Of a DNA stretch of 64,000 nt, positions 10,564 to 23,620 are shown one piece after another. Every line of letters starts with the position of its first letter. The stretch's first letter is position 1. The notes beneath the pieces are model-generated. The model saw only the letters and a list, made by a program, of their open reading frames with translations. It was not told the DNA's origin and did not search any database. Location: positions 17,580,457 through 17,644,456 of the forward strand of contig OZ316897.1 of assembly GCA_973895155.1 (NCBI GenBank), written 5' to 3'. The DNA is from Marsupella aquatica (Eukaryota; Plantae; Marchantiophyta). The translations under genes were made by a program, and so were the position numbers.

Positions 10564-12834
10564 CATACAACAACTTTGTGCACTCTCAATTTAATGATAT
10601 GATTGTCTCGCTCAACTCTCCCATTATGCTTAGGTGAGTATGGTGCTGTCACCTCATGAGTGATACCAAAATCTTCAAGGTATTGCGAGAAAGATTTGCT
10701 CACGTATTCACCTCCCCTATTAGCTCCAAAAGTTTTGATTTTTTGACCTATGTCTCTAAAGACCTGTTTCTCAAGCTTTTGAAAACAAGAAAAGACTTCA
10801 GACTTTTTCTTTATGAATATATACATAAGGGTAACCGCTATGATCATCTTTGAAAATGACATAATAACAGGCTCCACCCAAACTCATAACACTTATTGGG
10901 CCACATACATTTGAGTGAAAGAACTCACCAGCTTGCTTGGCATGTTCATGGGAATTGGGGTTTGGAAATGTACGGCGGTGTTGTTTCCCAAGTATACATC
11001 CTTCACAAATGGTCAGCAATTAAGCTCTTTCAGCTCCGTAGGTAAACCATCTACTAGATTTTCTCTTTGCATCTTTTGTAGAGCTGGAAGGTTAGCATTC
11101 ATGACCACAATGATAGTGCCACAACAGGATATTATCAATATCTGTTGTTGATGTTGTGGACATGACAACATGTGCCTGAGTAGATTGTTGAACCACCTCA
11201 AGCTGAAGTTTGTACAACTTTCCATCTCTCCTTTTGTGACAACTTTGATGTCTCCGCATCCTTCAACCCATAGCTAGTGGTTGTCGGCAACTTATACTGA
11301 CCATGTATTTGGCGGTACAGACCAAAATGTATGGAAATATGACCTCATGCTAGTCATGTGCTCACTTGCACCACCATCTGCATACCAAACTTCAGTATCG
11401 TTTGTTTATGAAGAAAGGACTGTAGCAAAAGCAATGCTCTCAGTGGTGGCAACATTAGCCTCACTTTGTTGTGGCTTGATGTCATTGGCTGCACTCCTTC
11501 CGTTGCCGTTTGAATTGCCTTTGCTCCTACATCCTCGTGCCCAATGCCCCTTCTTGCCACACTTGTTGCAATTAGTCTTTTTCTTTTGATCAGCAATAGA
11601 CGACCCTCTTTGGGACATTTTCTCAGTATCAGAATAGGCTCTTTTCTGATCACTGAAAAATCCCCTAGCATCATCTTGACTTACTTCTTCACCTGCCGGG
11701 TACAATGTCTCTTCCTTCAGATTGAAGTTGACTTGTGAGCTTGTCAACTGTTTGTTGATCAGAAGGTACGTACATTGTCCCAAGTTGCCAACACATGTCG
11801 ATACAAAGCTGGAACACTACAAATGATCTTAGTGATAATTGTAGACATTGTAGACTGGAATTGGGATATTGTGATAATTGTGGACTGTCCCTCCCAAATC
11901 ATTGAGCTATCATGCCATGGCCTCAATCTTGCTAATGTGAGTAGCCATATCATCTCCCACCTGGAGCTTGTGCTCAAAGAATCTTTGTTGCAACAAATGT
12001 CGATTCTCTGCAACATGCTGATAGTGAAGAGTACTTAGTTTTCTCCACATTTGATTAGAAGATTTACAATCACAAGGCACTGTATAATCTTCTCATGAAG
12101 TGTGACACAAATGTACATCTTTGCTGCCTTGTCCTTGGTGTTCAACTCTCTAGTACTTGCTGCCGGAGCACTAGAGCAGGCTTTACTTCACTACCGTAGA
12201 TGACTCCCATCAACTCCTTTGCATCAAAGACTGTTGAATCTGAAATTTCCATAACTGGAAAATTGATCCTAAAAACTTTGTAATGTGGGAAACATCTTTG
12301 ATCTTGAGTTTGCTACCCGCTGCTCTATCCATCTCTCTCCATTGCTGAGAAAATTGAACTATTCAATTGAACATCAGAGTTACACTTAGGCTACAACCAT
12401 GATGTGGGCCCATAACCTGTTGGAGTATTTACAGTAAAGTAAATGCTTATATTTCTAGGAAATGCGCTCAAGGCTTTATACCGTAGAGCCAAGTAAACAA
12501 CAGTAAACATGGCACATACTATTTGATTGTCATTTGTTCACCTACTGCATCCCCAATATATGGATGCATGCAACCCTAAACATGATTTAGTGGATAAATC
12601 AAATCTAACCTACTGTATCTACTCTTCCACGTACGCTATTAACTCCTCTATTGCGGTGTGGTGCCTATTATGGTGTGGCACGGTTCTAAATAAACCGCTA
12701 TATGCTAAATAGACAACACGTAGACACGGTTGACACAAAGACACACAACCTTTGATCGGGACACGTCTACATGATTATAGTGGCGGATCAGATCAACGTA
12801 AGTCTGCATGCTATGTAGTGAGCCAGTTTCAGGT

Positions 12835-15800
12835 TAAAAGCAAGCTTGAGGGGTACTGAAAAGTCTCCCATTTTCTCCACAGAAAGGACATACTCCTTGT
12901 CCATATTCCAAGAATATTCCATAATGACCAAAATGTGACATGGAATGGTTAGGATTTTTTGGAAAAGATTTAAAGGTTAGATCTTGCATGCCAAATCTTT
13001 GGAAGTGTGCACAACATTGTTGAAAGTGCCCCCAACCTTGCAGAAGTGTGTCCAACCTTGTAATTGGGGAGGGTATTCACGGGGGTATTCAACCACATTT
13101 TAATGACATTTTCAGTCCTTTCCTTCAGTCCTATAAAAGTGGCTGTCCTTAGTCCTGATTGTCTCCTTTGGTACCCCTCTAGCTTGCCATCCACCTTCAA
13201 CAAAATTTTCATTCATTCCTAGTGTGTAATATTCTTTCATCTCTTTAAGAGCTTATGCTCCTTCTTTTAATTACTTTCCTTTTGCCTAGGGCATCACCTG
13301 AAGTGTTTTCATCATCGGTACGCGCATGCTCCGAGAAAGATGCAGGAATAAGATCTGCATCTTTCTGGCAAAGACTTTTTAATAGCTAGAGGAATAAGAT
13401 CTACCTTAGCTGGCACATAATTTTTGAGGCCCTCTTTGCTGTCAAGTTTATCAGACAACCCTTTTCCTCATCAACCCTTTTCCTCTTTTGTGCAACCTTT
13501 GCCGCCTTTTTCTTTCAAGAGACATACCTTTCATTCTAGCAGTTGCCCTCTTGGTAGCGGTTTTCCTTTTACTTGTTTGTCTTTGAACAAACAACACCCA
13601 TTTTTTACACACGTCCATCAAATCCTCCTCTCCAAACACAAATTCTGGGCTTAGCCTAATGGATTGAAACTCCCCTAGTTTGAAATCTGCTATCAATCCC
13701 AAAATCTTCCAAGTTGAAGGAATTCATCTTCACGCTCTTACCTAATTCATCTTCATGCTCTAACGCATACCTAGGGCAATATAGGTATCCAAAAATTATA
13801 TCTGCTCTTGAAATAGTCAATCAGTCCAAAAGATTAATGGCCGTAAACCTTCAGGGAAGAACCCCAGCTCATTGAGATCAGACTTAGGTGTTCTCTGGAG
13901 GCCCATTCAATGTTAAGATCTCATGAGGAGTCCTTGTGGCAAGCCTTATCCTAGCCCACTTTCCGATATCATGGTACTCCACAATCAAGATCATTTCCTT
14001 ACCGCCGTGACAATTGAAACAACAAGCCCAAGCAAGCTGAAGAATGCAGGTCCCAGATGGGGACCTGGTTTTAACTCATATACCAGATCCTTCCATATCT
14101 TCAGCCAGTTCGATGGCCCAAAAAAATCTGACATTGCCCTTCCCTGGGCATGAAACCTCGATGGCATCTGCATCTTCAACAATCAAATTAGGCAAACCCA
14201 ATTTCCCCTAGCGTGAACTAAAAGACCAATAATCAGAAGCATGGAACACGAATCCTGAAAAGGGAACACATGAGGCTCAAGATGATCTCAAGCCACCCAT
14301 CAGTGAGCACACCAAAAAGTTTATGTCCACCCCCGTGTCCACCTTACTCAAAGGAACCTCATGAGGCTCAAGATAATCTCGAGCCACCCATCCATCAGCA
14401 CCCCCAGATAAGGGAATTTCCACCTAACTCAAAGAACCTTATGAGGCTCGAGACCATCCCGAGAGACCATCCCGAGCCACTCATTAGTCCTCCGGTTCTG
14501 TGAGTTGATGATATTCCATTGTCCACTGTATTCAAAAATTTTCCATTGTCAAATTTATTCTTGAGGGATGGGAAAACATTCATTGTGCCATATCATAACC
14601 TCAGTCTGTCAAATACCAACCCGGGATACCGACAACATATGCAATTTTGATCCAGTGTCACCTGTTCCATCATCTTTGATACCCTCCAACTAGGTCTGTA
14701 TTCTGGTATTGAAACGAGTTGGAGTGTAATGGGGAAGGCAAGCATGGACCATAATTGGACAGGCTATTGGTTTTTGATGGATATTTTAGCAAGCATCAAT
14801 AAGAACATGGAGTTTTTCCCTCTTGAAGAAATCGAACAAGGTGCTTAGGGAGATGCCCCTGAATGGGGCTCCACTTTTTTTTCTGTATGCTGGTTATTTG
14901 AATGAAATTCATTTGGTTTTCTACGAGGCAAAATAAATAAATTTAACAAGGGAAAATCTAAGAATACAATAGAATACAAAGAGATTCACATAAAATGGCT
15001 CAAGATGATCTCGGACCCTTCAATCAATAATTTGGCTTGAGATGATCTTGACCCTCGAGTGTCTATTAAGCAAATCAAACTCTTAAACAGAGAGAATACG
15101 TAAGGCTCTAATCAATCGACTCACATCAAAAGCAAACTAAATTGACATCATGGTGTTCTAAACCAAAAGGATAGAGCCAAAATAGTCAGTGCAAAACAGA
15201 TCAAGTGGCTCGAGGCCATCTTGACCCTCAATTGGATCCAAGACAAACTACATCCCTCGAGAAGATCTTGACCCTCAATTGGATCCAAGACAAACTCCAT
15301 CCGAGACCATCGGATCGGACCACTTGAGGCTCGAGATGATCGATCTCGAGCCTCCTAGCACTACATCTCAACAACCATCTAAGCTATATTAGACTGAGAG
15401 ATATATTACGATTTGATAGGGCAATGGATCTCCTGCGCTAAGTCTAAATGTGTCTGAAGCCCCTTAGCTACCTTGTTGGGTTGTATTCCTCCTGAGAGAG
15501 AATTCTACAACTGTCCACATGGCAACAAGTGACCGGCTGATGACCCGCGACTAACACAAAGGTCTTGAGGATCACACATAGATCTTGACCAAACTGGCTA
15601 ACCAAGCTATAAACCAAAATCTCAACTGAAGGCCAATACAAAGAACTCGAACCAACTAGCTAAACTAAGATCTTGAGGCAAGAGCAAAAGGAGGTGAAAG
15701 CCAGAAGCTAGGCAGAAAGGTGAAATGGCAAATGAGGAGTTCAAACCGGGGTTAAAATCTCTATATGCCTAGTCGGAGACGCTCTATATGCCTAGTCAAG

Positions 15801-16600
15801 GAGACGCGAACATGTAGCAGACATGTACCAGTCTGCCCGGTACGTCAGTGCAATTATTGCAATCCATAAGGCAATCATTCAGCCCTGCCGTGCTAGTGGG
15901 TGTTACATAATGCTTTAATGCTTTCCGTCCTGTGGGTGGGGTCATTCTACTCATTTCATTTTGACTCGTTGTTTTCTTGCTGTTGCTTTCCCTCTCCCTA
16001 TCCCTCTCTCCATGGTCTCTGGCTCTAGATCCCTGCTCATATTTCTTTTGGACTGAGTTTTGTTTAGAGTTAGAGAGTATGAGCTTTGGTGAGTATCTTA
16101 TTTTAAACCATGCGCTAGGGCTAAAATAGTTAAGCCCATAATCTTAAGAGTAATTAAAGAAATTTAGCCCTTAGTAGTGTCAGTCAACTACTATATATAA
16201 ATAAAAGCCCTTTAGTGAGTTATTAATGACATTTGGAAGACTTTCCACAGTGTTTTCTGTGGAAGAAACCTAATTTAACCTCTAGATCGATCATGATTGA
16301 AGAGCCAATTATTTGTTGTAAATTTTGGCAAGGGTTTATTCATAGTAATGTCTGTGCCAATTAGAGTCTCTGTTTGTGGCTGGATCATCTCGAGTAGCAA
16401 CATCCTTGCAGAAAACCATATGTGAAAGCAAAAAGATTCCGTTGTGATTTTGTGCCAGTTTGAGTTTCCTTATAGATTGTCTAGAGCCAGAAGTTTCTTA
16501 TGTTTTGCCTGGTGATTTCTTTCTACTGAGAGTGAGCATTTTACTTCGAGATCATATATCTCAAGCCAAAAATGTCTTAACCACTGGTTATGGGTTTCTT
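12835..16600. mobile_element. Heavily decayed retroelement-like remnant with a recurrent palindromic motif
   Basis: Broken minus-strand ORF debris; repeated GGCTCGAGATGATCTCGAGCC-like palindromes; no domain identified with confidence. Confidence 0.35.
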
Positions 16601-16989
16601 GGTGGTGATGTAACTTCATAGTGATTTCTATGGCAGTTAGGAGTCCTTTTTTTACCTCAAGACTGTCTTGAGCTTTGTTAATGGTGTATTGTGGTGATCA
16701 CATATATGTCCAGATGTTACTTTGCCAGTCTTATTTTGCGTACTCAAAAGTGGATTGAGGTTATAACTTAATTCATTTGACTGAATTCTCAAAATAGTTG
16801 GATATGTCAATCTCATGAAATGTATTTTTCGGTATGTGGTTCTCAGCAAATCATGTGAAAATAATCAATCATGGTGTAAATATGAACGAGCTAATCGGTT
16901 GATACATGAAGCCAGTCAGTGTAATTGCCAATACCATGTCTGGAAACAAATTGGGAAAATTGTATTCACCTAATTACCTACTTATGGAA

Positions 16990-17500
16990 ATCTGACAGTG
17001 CCGATGCAAATCATCTTTAAAGGATTCAAGGATACAAATAGCATCACCTGGGGAGTGCAATTGAACTGCACCCGGGAACTCGACTAAATACAGTGTGATT
17101 AGCCAACGCTAGGTAGGGAAACACACGAGAAAAACATTTCCCCCACCGTCATAACCTACGGAGATGTCACGGTGCGGATGCAAATCCTTGTGAAATGATC
17201 CAAGGCCGGGTACAAATTATACCACCTCAGGAGTGCTCACTGGACTCGACATAATGATTAGCCAATGCCATGTAGGGGAACAGACAGGGAAACTGTGTCC
17301 CCACCTTCACAACCTACGAAGATCTAACGGTGCAGAGTAGTGTAAGCTCCGGAGATCTAAGAGTGCTGATGCAAATCCTCTTGAAATTATATATCCAAGG
17401 TTACAAATTGTACCACCTCACGAGTACTCACGTAGAGATAGTGTAACAAGCCAATGACATACAGGGAATACATGGAGAAAATGTCTTTCTCAACCTATAG
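16990..17500. repeat. Degenerate ~180-bp tandem repeat (x3), mirrored at ~37800-38310
   Basis: gatgcaaatc...caagg.tacaaat...cacct at ~17003, ~17177 and ~17368. Confidence 0.65.
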
Positions 17501-18975
17501 TGGAACTAAGGTCGGATGTTCCTAGCCTTAGAGTGACCATCCAACGGGCTTGAGTATGCTTGAGTATGCGATTTGGAATGTGCTTCACACATTTTCCCCA
17601 TAAATACTGGGCAGGGAAATCGCCGGAGAAATCAGTCATCTAATATACAGATAGGTATGTTTCTCTCAGAGTAGTGCGTTGAACTTAACGAAGTATGGAA
17701 AGCCCAAGGTAGATAGGGATTGCCTGCATAAGTGCGTAACATTTCCCTAACTTGAATGTACAGAACCCAACCTCTTTGTATAAGACAGGGAATTCCCAGT
17801 AACGTAAAGTTAGGGAACATCTGTTGGCACGACTGTGCATATACTCTTGGCGACAGATTCATAGATTTAAGAGGAAAGGGTTAACGTTCTTATGGTCCAA
17901 TGCCAGGCTCGATCTAGAACGATTCACGGCTATATATGGCAATTCCCTATCACGGAGTATCTACTCACAGCATACATGCATGGAGATCCATCCTGGTAAT
18001 TGTATTGTCACTGGGTTTCAGGTCATTCTGTAGACGCCAGCTTAATATCAAATTAAAGCTCATCTTCTGTTTCAACTCTGTGCTATCATGCTGCTCTCTG
18101 AGTAGTTACTGGCTCCTCTTCTGCTTTTGGTCTCATGTCTCCGGCCTGGCTCTGTTTGTTATATAGGATTATGTTGCCCATCAAGGCTTTCTTAATTTCA
18201 TGGTCCATCTGTAACACAGTCGGAGGGTTTCCTGTGTCCAATAAATTCTGGGGCAGGGTTCACATTTTCCCTGAGGCTTTTATTTTAATAACAGAGAGTA
18301 AAGTAAGCCCTACCCAGAAGTTGCCTGGCCTTTGCAAGGCTTCTTTAGTAAGAACCCAGTCTTCTAAAGGTTCTCAACTGACCAATCTAACCGTAGCATC
18401 GCATAGCACAGTATAAGAAAAACAAAACCTTAGTGAACCGCAGCCTACATTTCTGTTTTGCATCCAGAGAATGAACAAACGGCACAAACCCAGCTATTGT
18501 CGAGAGCCAACGAAAGTAAATACAATCTTAATTAATAAAGTAACTTGAAACCCTAACGAGAAAACTGAGGAAATCAAGAGAATATATGTATAGATTCAAA
18601 AACTATCATTTCTGTCAATCGATCGGATGAGAGTAAACCCTAACGTCTGTGAGCTTTTGGATATATAGGACGGATCGACACCCGCACATGTACACTAAAA
18701 TATCTTGCAACAAATTGGAAAGGTGTGATGCAAAAAATGTTGCAAAATTCAAAACAACAAGTTTGAGTGATGGGAGTGAAGATTTTGAGATGACCGAGTA
18801 TCATCTGTCACTGTAAACTAGTAGTAGCTAGTGATTCGAAGCATATATTATCTCTCTGAAGTCTCATTGTTTAGGACAACTTGATCGACCAACGCTTCTA
18901 GAGTTTAAGTCGGTGCAGACCGTGAAGAACCATAAAAATCCTCGGCCATTGACTCTCATGCATGAAATGGTAATC

Positions 18976-20650
18976 TTAGAAGGTATTTTTGCTTACTACC
19001 AGTGCGTAACCTGCAGGCGATGAAGCACTTTTCCAAATTTCAAGCCCGTCTCCTTCTTTTAGAGAATGCCACACGAAAAAATCACGTATATTTCGTAGCA
19101 TGTATATTCTTTTTGCTGTCACCTCAGACTTAAACTTCAACCTCATCGTCCACACTCGTTCGGCCTCCCAGTCAACAAAACTGACTGAATAACCTCCCTT
19201 GTCTTCCACATCGGGAAAGTGAGTTTTGACGTCTTTCTTTCCGAGAAATATTGATCCCGAACATGTCATTCCCAATGTCGCATCCGTCTTGGTCAGTTTC
19301 TTTCGAATGATCTGTCTCCAGGCTACGGTGGTAGAATCTTTTCCCAACGAGGCTGGCATATGTTTAATTATTGATTTGTCAAATCTCAGGATATGCCGAT
19401 TCCCTGGCTCTTCTCTACAAATCCGCAGCATGTGGCCTTCTTTCAATTTATGGTGGTTGGTGTACTTGATAGAGTCCTTCAGCCTGTATTGTGTACATGA
19501 TTCAGAGGAAGAGGTGGCCGTCAATCTCATGCTCCATATCTTTCCAGCTTCCGCTCCATCATGCAAAGTCAATTGCAATTGGCCTTGAAACGGGGCCAAA
19601 ATTCAATTCAACAGATTTTTTAGGTAGTAACACCCCGGTGGCGTCATGCCCCACATCTGTTTTCGTTAATAGCTTCTCCACAAGCAAGCGTTCTGTGGCA
19701 AAATTTCCGCTCCCTCCAACAAGTTGACCGGCTGGACTTTGGTTCGCACCGATCCAACCCGGCTCCGTAGTCATTTGTTTGAATTGCTGCGCGTCACCCT
19801 GGTCAATCGGCATATTTTCGTATACTGGGTCAACAACATTCTCGACTTCTGTGTCGGCCTGTGTGGAAGACGAGTGGAAGACGTGTTCTTGGGCATCGCA
19901 TCCGTTGGTGTCTGATGTCAAATTCTGGCCTTGTTGAGCATGCCGTCCTGTAGCTGAGGTAATACTACTTGAAGGTGGGTGCCCACTTGGTAGACCAGAG
20001 TGCATCATGTCGCTTGTAGACCTGGCGTCCACTGTCGATGCAAGGTCTGAGTCGTGCTCCAGTGAACCCATTGGAACATCATTTTGTGTACTTTCTTCTA
20101 TAATTTGGCAGCCGACCTCTTCTCTCAAAGAGTAACTTGTACTACTTGAGATTGAAGGGTGTGCATTTGGAGTCTCTGAATCCGTAATCACAAGGATTCC
20201 ATCCCTCACTTCAGCTGTGGAGATGTCATAGTCGGCAACACTCAGAGGACCGAAGGTTGAGGGAGATGATTCTAAGATGTCTGCATCAACTTTCTCCAAC
20301 TCTGGCATATCTTCCCATATTGCGTCGAAATACTCTCTGAATTGTTCACCAAACCGATCTCTCAACGGGATTTGCTCAGTGCCGACGATCCCTCTTTGAA
20401 GGGTGGGCTTGTGGGTAATCTCAACAGTGGAAGTAGATTGATGTACATTGCTTTCATTGATATCGATTATCAAATTCGGGTCGTGGAATTGAGCGTGCAC
20501 TGTAGGATTCCCTGTACGGATGTCGAGCAACGGTGAAATGCCTGGAGTGTTCACGTTTCCATTCTCTACATGGGAATTTCCTTGACGATTCTGGTCATAA
20601 CCAGAGATGGAATGATCCATAATGCTCAGGTGGCAATTTCTGGCAGACAT
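18976..20650 (-). pseudogene. Frameshifted copy of the double-B3-domain gene
   Basis: Matches 34642-36315 except 4 amino-acid changes and one extra base at ~19583 (TTTCAAGGCC vs TTTCAAGCC), which truncates the protein in the first B3 domain. Confidence 0.85.
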
Positions 20651-21249
20651 TTTCAAAGATAGATATAGATAAGTATTTTTACGTGAAGATTAGGACTGTA
20701 GCTAGCCATCCAAAGGTGCAACAAAAATCAAGTGCATCCCAAAATGGACGCTGTTCACATGACCACTATATATGTATGCATGTAGCTAACATCGATCCTG
20801 ACAAAAAGTCTCAAACATAATTTTCTTCGATTAGAACACACATGCAACGATGAAGATGAATGCGATCACATAATTACATACATATATATATATAATGGCA
20901 GAAACTTCATTCTTCCATGAAAGTAAATATAGCAGTAACAGCAGTGCTGCACGCAATTATAATGAAAACTAATAGGGAAATGATCTATTGTTTAGCTGTA
21001 ATACCTCTGTTGCACTCTGGTCTCAATAACCACACTACGGTCTCAATAACCACGTAACTCTTCGGGAAAGTAAAACCCTGGACTGATCCGTAATAAGAGG
21101 AAACCGCTTTTCAGCTAAGGAAACTGTTACTCGTTGTACGTGGGTACGAAAACAGGAATGGAATGAAGTGAGACTGTGGGAGGTGAAGGTTGTCTTAAAT
21201 GGTGGTCTATGGAGCCAAATGATCTCTCACTGACGAAAGACTAGATGAA

Positions 21250-21812
21250 GTATATATATGGTAGACATCAACAGTTGTCTGACTAGTTAAGGTAGTAATT
21301 TGATCGAGTTCCGACTGACTGATAACTGATCAATTGGTAATGAACTACGTACGTACTACTCTATGATCCTTGTTACAGGTTTTCATTGGTCGGTAAGTGG
21401 TCAGAGACAAGTATAAATGTGACCAAGCATAGCGAAACGTCAACTGTTGAACAACATGGAGTATATATATGATAGATATCAACAATTGCATATCACCTGA
21501 GTACGCAATAACTGAGCAAAAGGTGACCTATTACTGCTATAATTATCTGGTCCTTGTGAAAGGATTCTCATTGGTGGGCAGATCGAGACCAGGTATAAAT
21601 GTGATGATGCCGGCCAGCTAGTGACATGAAAACGATATTAAGACTACGGTGTATGGTAAATATCAACTATAGCCTCACTAATGTAGTAATTAATTTGAAT
21701 GATTATCGATCTGAGTAATAACTCATTAAATGGGGACAGAATACTGCACTCTTATCTTTGTTAAAGGGTTCTCATTGCTGGGTAAAGTGAGAGTCGACCA
21801 AGTATGAATGTG
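21250..21812. repeat. Degenerate ~180-200-bp tandem repeat (x3) upstream of the B3 gene
   Basis: Recurring tatggtagacatcaac...tcattgg...gtataaatgtga blocks at ~21250, ~21460 and ~21650. Confidence 0.65.
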
Positions 21813-21845
21813 GCGGATTTACTGGATCTTCAGAATTTCAGATCG

Positions 21846-22800
21846 ATGGCCCACTCTCAGAAGGGCCTGGTCAAGTCCCAAATGCATTGTTTAGTATCCA
21901 TCAAGAACTAAAGATGCGGGAGGGGCTGGTTAAGTCCTTCTTCCCTCCCGTAGGATCTCGAAGCAAGATCGTTTGGATTGCCTCACTTTGGGGTAACGAT
22001 GAAAAGTTTGACAACGTATTAGAAAATCAGCACCCATTACTAGCTAGCTTCAATGCCCAGACCCAGAATTCTCGACGGCTGCCTCACCCCGAACTACTAG
22101 CTTCAATGCCCAGACCCAGAATTCTCGACTAGCTGCTGCCTCACCCCGAGACTGGTCGGCTGAGACCCACTTCAATCCGAACACACTAGACACAGCAAGT
22201 ACAGGAGAAGCTCAACTCTGCAGCAAATTCCAATTCAGCGACAGCTGCTTTAGTGGCCAGTGCCTCCTACTTGGGATAATTTCAACATCCTCATGGCTAT
22301 GGTAAAGATGCGCGCAGTGCCCCGTGCATTGCACATGGAGAGTTTGGCAGTGAGTTACAATCTGTCATTTTATTTTGCTTTGGCTGCAATCACGTATGCT
22401 CTGCTCCCATCCGTTCCTCTGTCGGATGAGTCAAGATTTAAATCGTTGCACAAAACAACAATTAATCCTGGTCTGTCTCGCGCTGCTTTTCATGCTACTG
22501 GCTATTGTTTTTGTCCTTATGGCATTTGCTGCAAGTTACGTTGCAGACATCCCGCACCAAGGTTTGCATGCATGTCACTCACGGTCCAGGTCCAAGTACC
22601 ACTGTATTTGGGAAAGTTTTATGCCTAGTAGATAATTAGGGTTGCACCTCCGTTGCTGAAAGTTTAATATTTAACTTTGCCTAACGATGTTACCAAAGAG
22701 ATTGACTTCAAAAATCAGTTCTCCCCATTAGCGGAGGGGGTTGCCTTCACCAAGAATGCTACGAAGAGGATATGGGAGAAAATGGAGGAATTCTGCTCAT
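21846..22800 (+). pseudogene. PGG-domain (ankyrin-TM / ACD6-like C-terminal) pseudogene fragment
   Basis: KLNSAANSNSATAALVASASYLG*FQHPHGY resembles the PGG-domain start; followed by hydrophobic helices YNLSFYFALAAITYALL and LILVCLALLFMLLAIVFVLMAFAA in different frames; internal ~50-bp duplication at 22043-22130. Confidence 0.5.
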
Positions 22801-23289
22801 GAGATTTTCAGGGTTTTGCCTTGTGTGCTTGTGATTGAACATAGAATGAAGGTGATTAGCTAGACTAGTGGAGTCCAAGAATCTGAGTGTCAGATCTGTA
22901 ATGTAATTTTCAGTATTATTAATTAAAGTTACATTCAGTCCTTTAATTTACATGTAACTAAGGTAGATTCAATAGTGCCCCCCTTGACTGAATTGAAGAG
23001 AATAAGTATGTTAGTTCAAGAAAAAACTGTGCCGGGCTTCACATCGATGGATGTAAATTTTTAGTTATTATCAGCAACATTCCTCCAATAGATAACTGTA
23101 CAGTAACTACTATTCGCTTCTGCTTCATGGCTTTGATGTAAAACTGAAAATCCTTACCAACATTGGTCAAAACGCCAAGGAAACCCATGAGGATGTCAGG
23201 CTATCAAATAAGCAAGGATAGGTTAGATCTAGATTATAATTTTGCACTATCTGATCTAACCAACTAGTTCAATACATGTGCCTTGCAGA

Positions 23290-23620
23290 AAAGATGTGCT
23301 TAAGAAAAACAATGTCCTTATGTGACAACTATAGTAAAGTAAAAAGATGTCATTAAAAGAAAAGAAATTGTGTCTCCCAAGATGTTATCATGTAAATAAT
23401 GATTCTCATGAAGTAAAAAGATGTTAAAAAAATGAAAATGTTTTGTTAAAGATGTCTTCATGTGAAAGAAGTAGTCAAGTAAAAAGATGTCATTAACAAT
23501 TAACAGTTGTTTGACAAAAAATGTCGTTATGCGAAAGAAAGTAAAAAAATGTCGTCAAGTAAAAACAAAATGTTGGTTTGCCAAAGACATCATTATGTGA
23601 AAGATGTTGTCAAGTCTTGT
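23290..23620. repeat. AT-rich degenerate short repeats (gtaaaaagatgtc...)
   Basis: Motif aagtaaaaagatgt recurs about five times. Confidence 0.6.

Larger units (their letters stand above)
7140..12818 (-). mobile_element. Decayed Ty1/Copia LTR retrotransposon with half-tRNA-Met PBS (Bryco/Lyco/Osser-type priming)
   Basis: Homologous LTRs at 7140-~7700 and 12418-~12818. PBS GGTTATGGGCCCAC at 12404-12417. Gag knuckle CNKCGKKGHWARGC, protease WYADGGASEHMT, integrase CEGCILGKQHR, RT ETFSPVVK/DIKTAFL/FVDD, RNase H STTEAEY. Many stops and frameshifts. TSD not identified. Confidence 0.9.
16700..21567 (-). repeat. Left arm of a ~4.9-kb inverted segmental duplication
   Basis: Reverse complement of 33791-~38592; several ORFs translate identically in both arms. 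Confidence 0.95.

Noticed and set aside
17632-18416. Short ORFs (69-93 aa) perfectly conserved at 36875-37659
   Set aside because: Identity is explained by the duplication; mostly non-ATG starts and no domain
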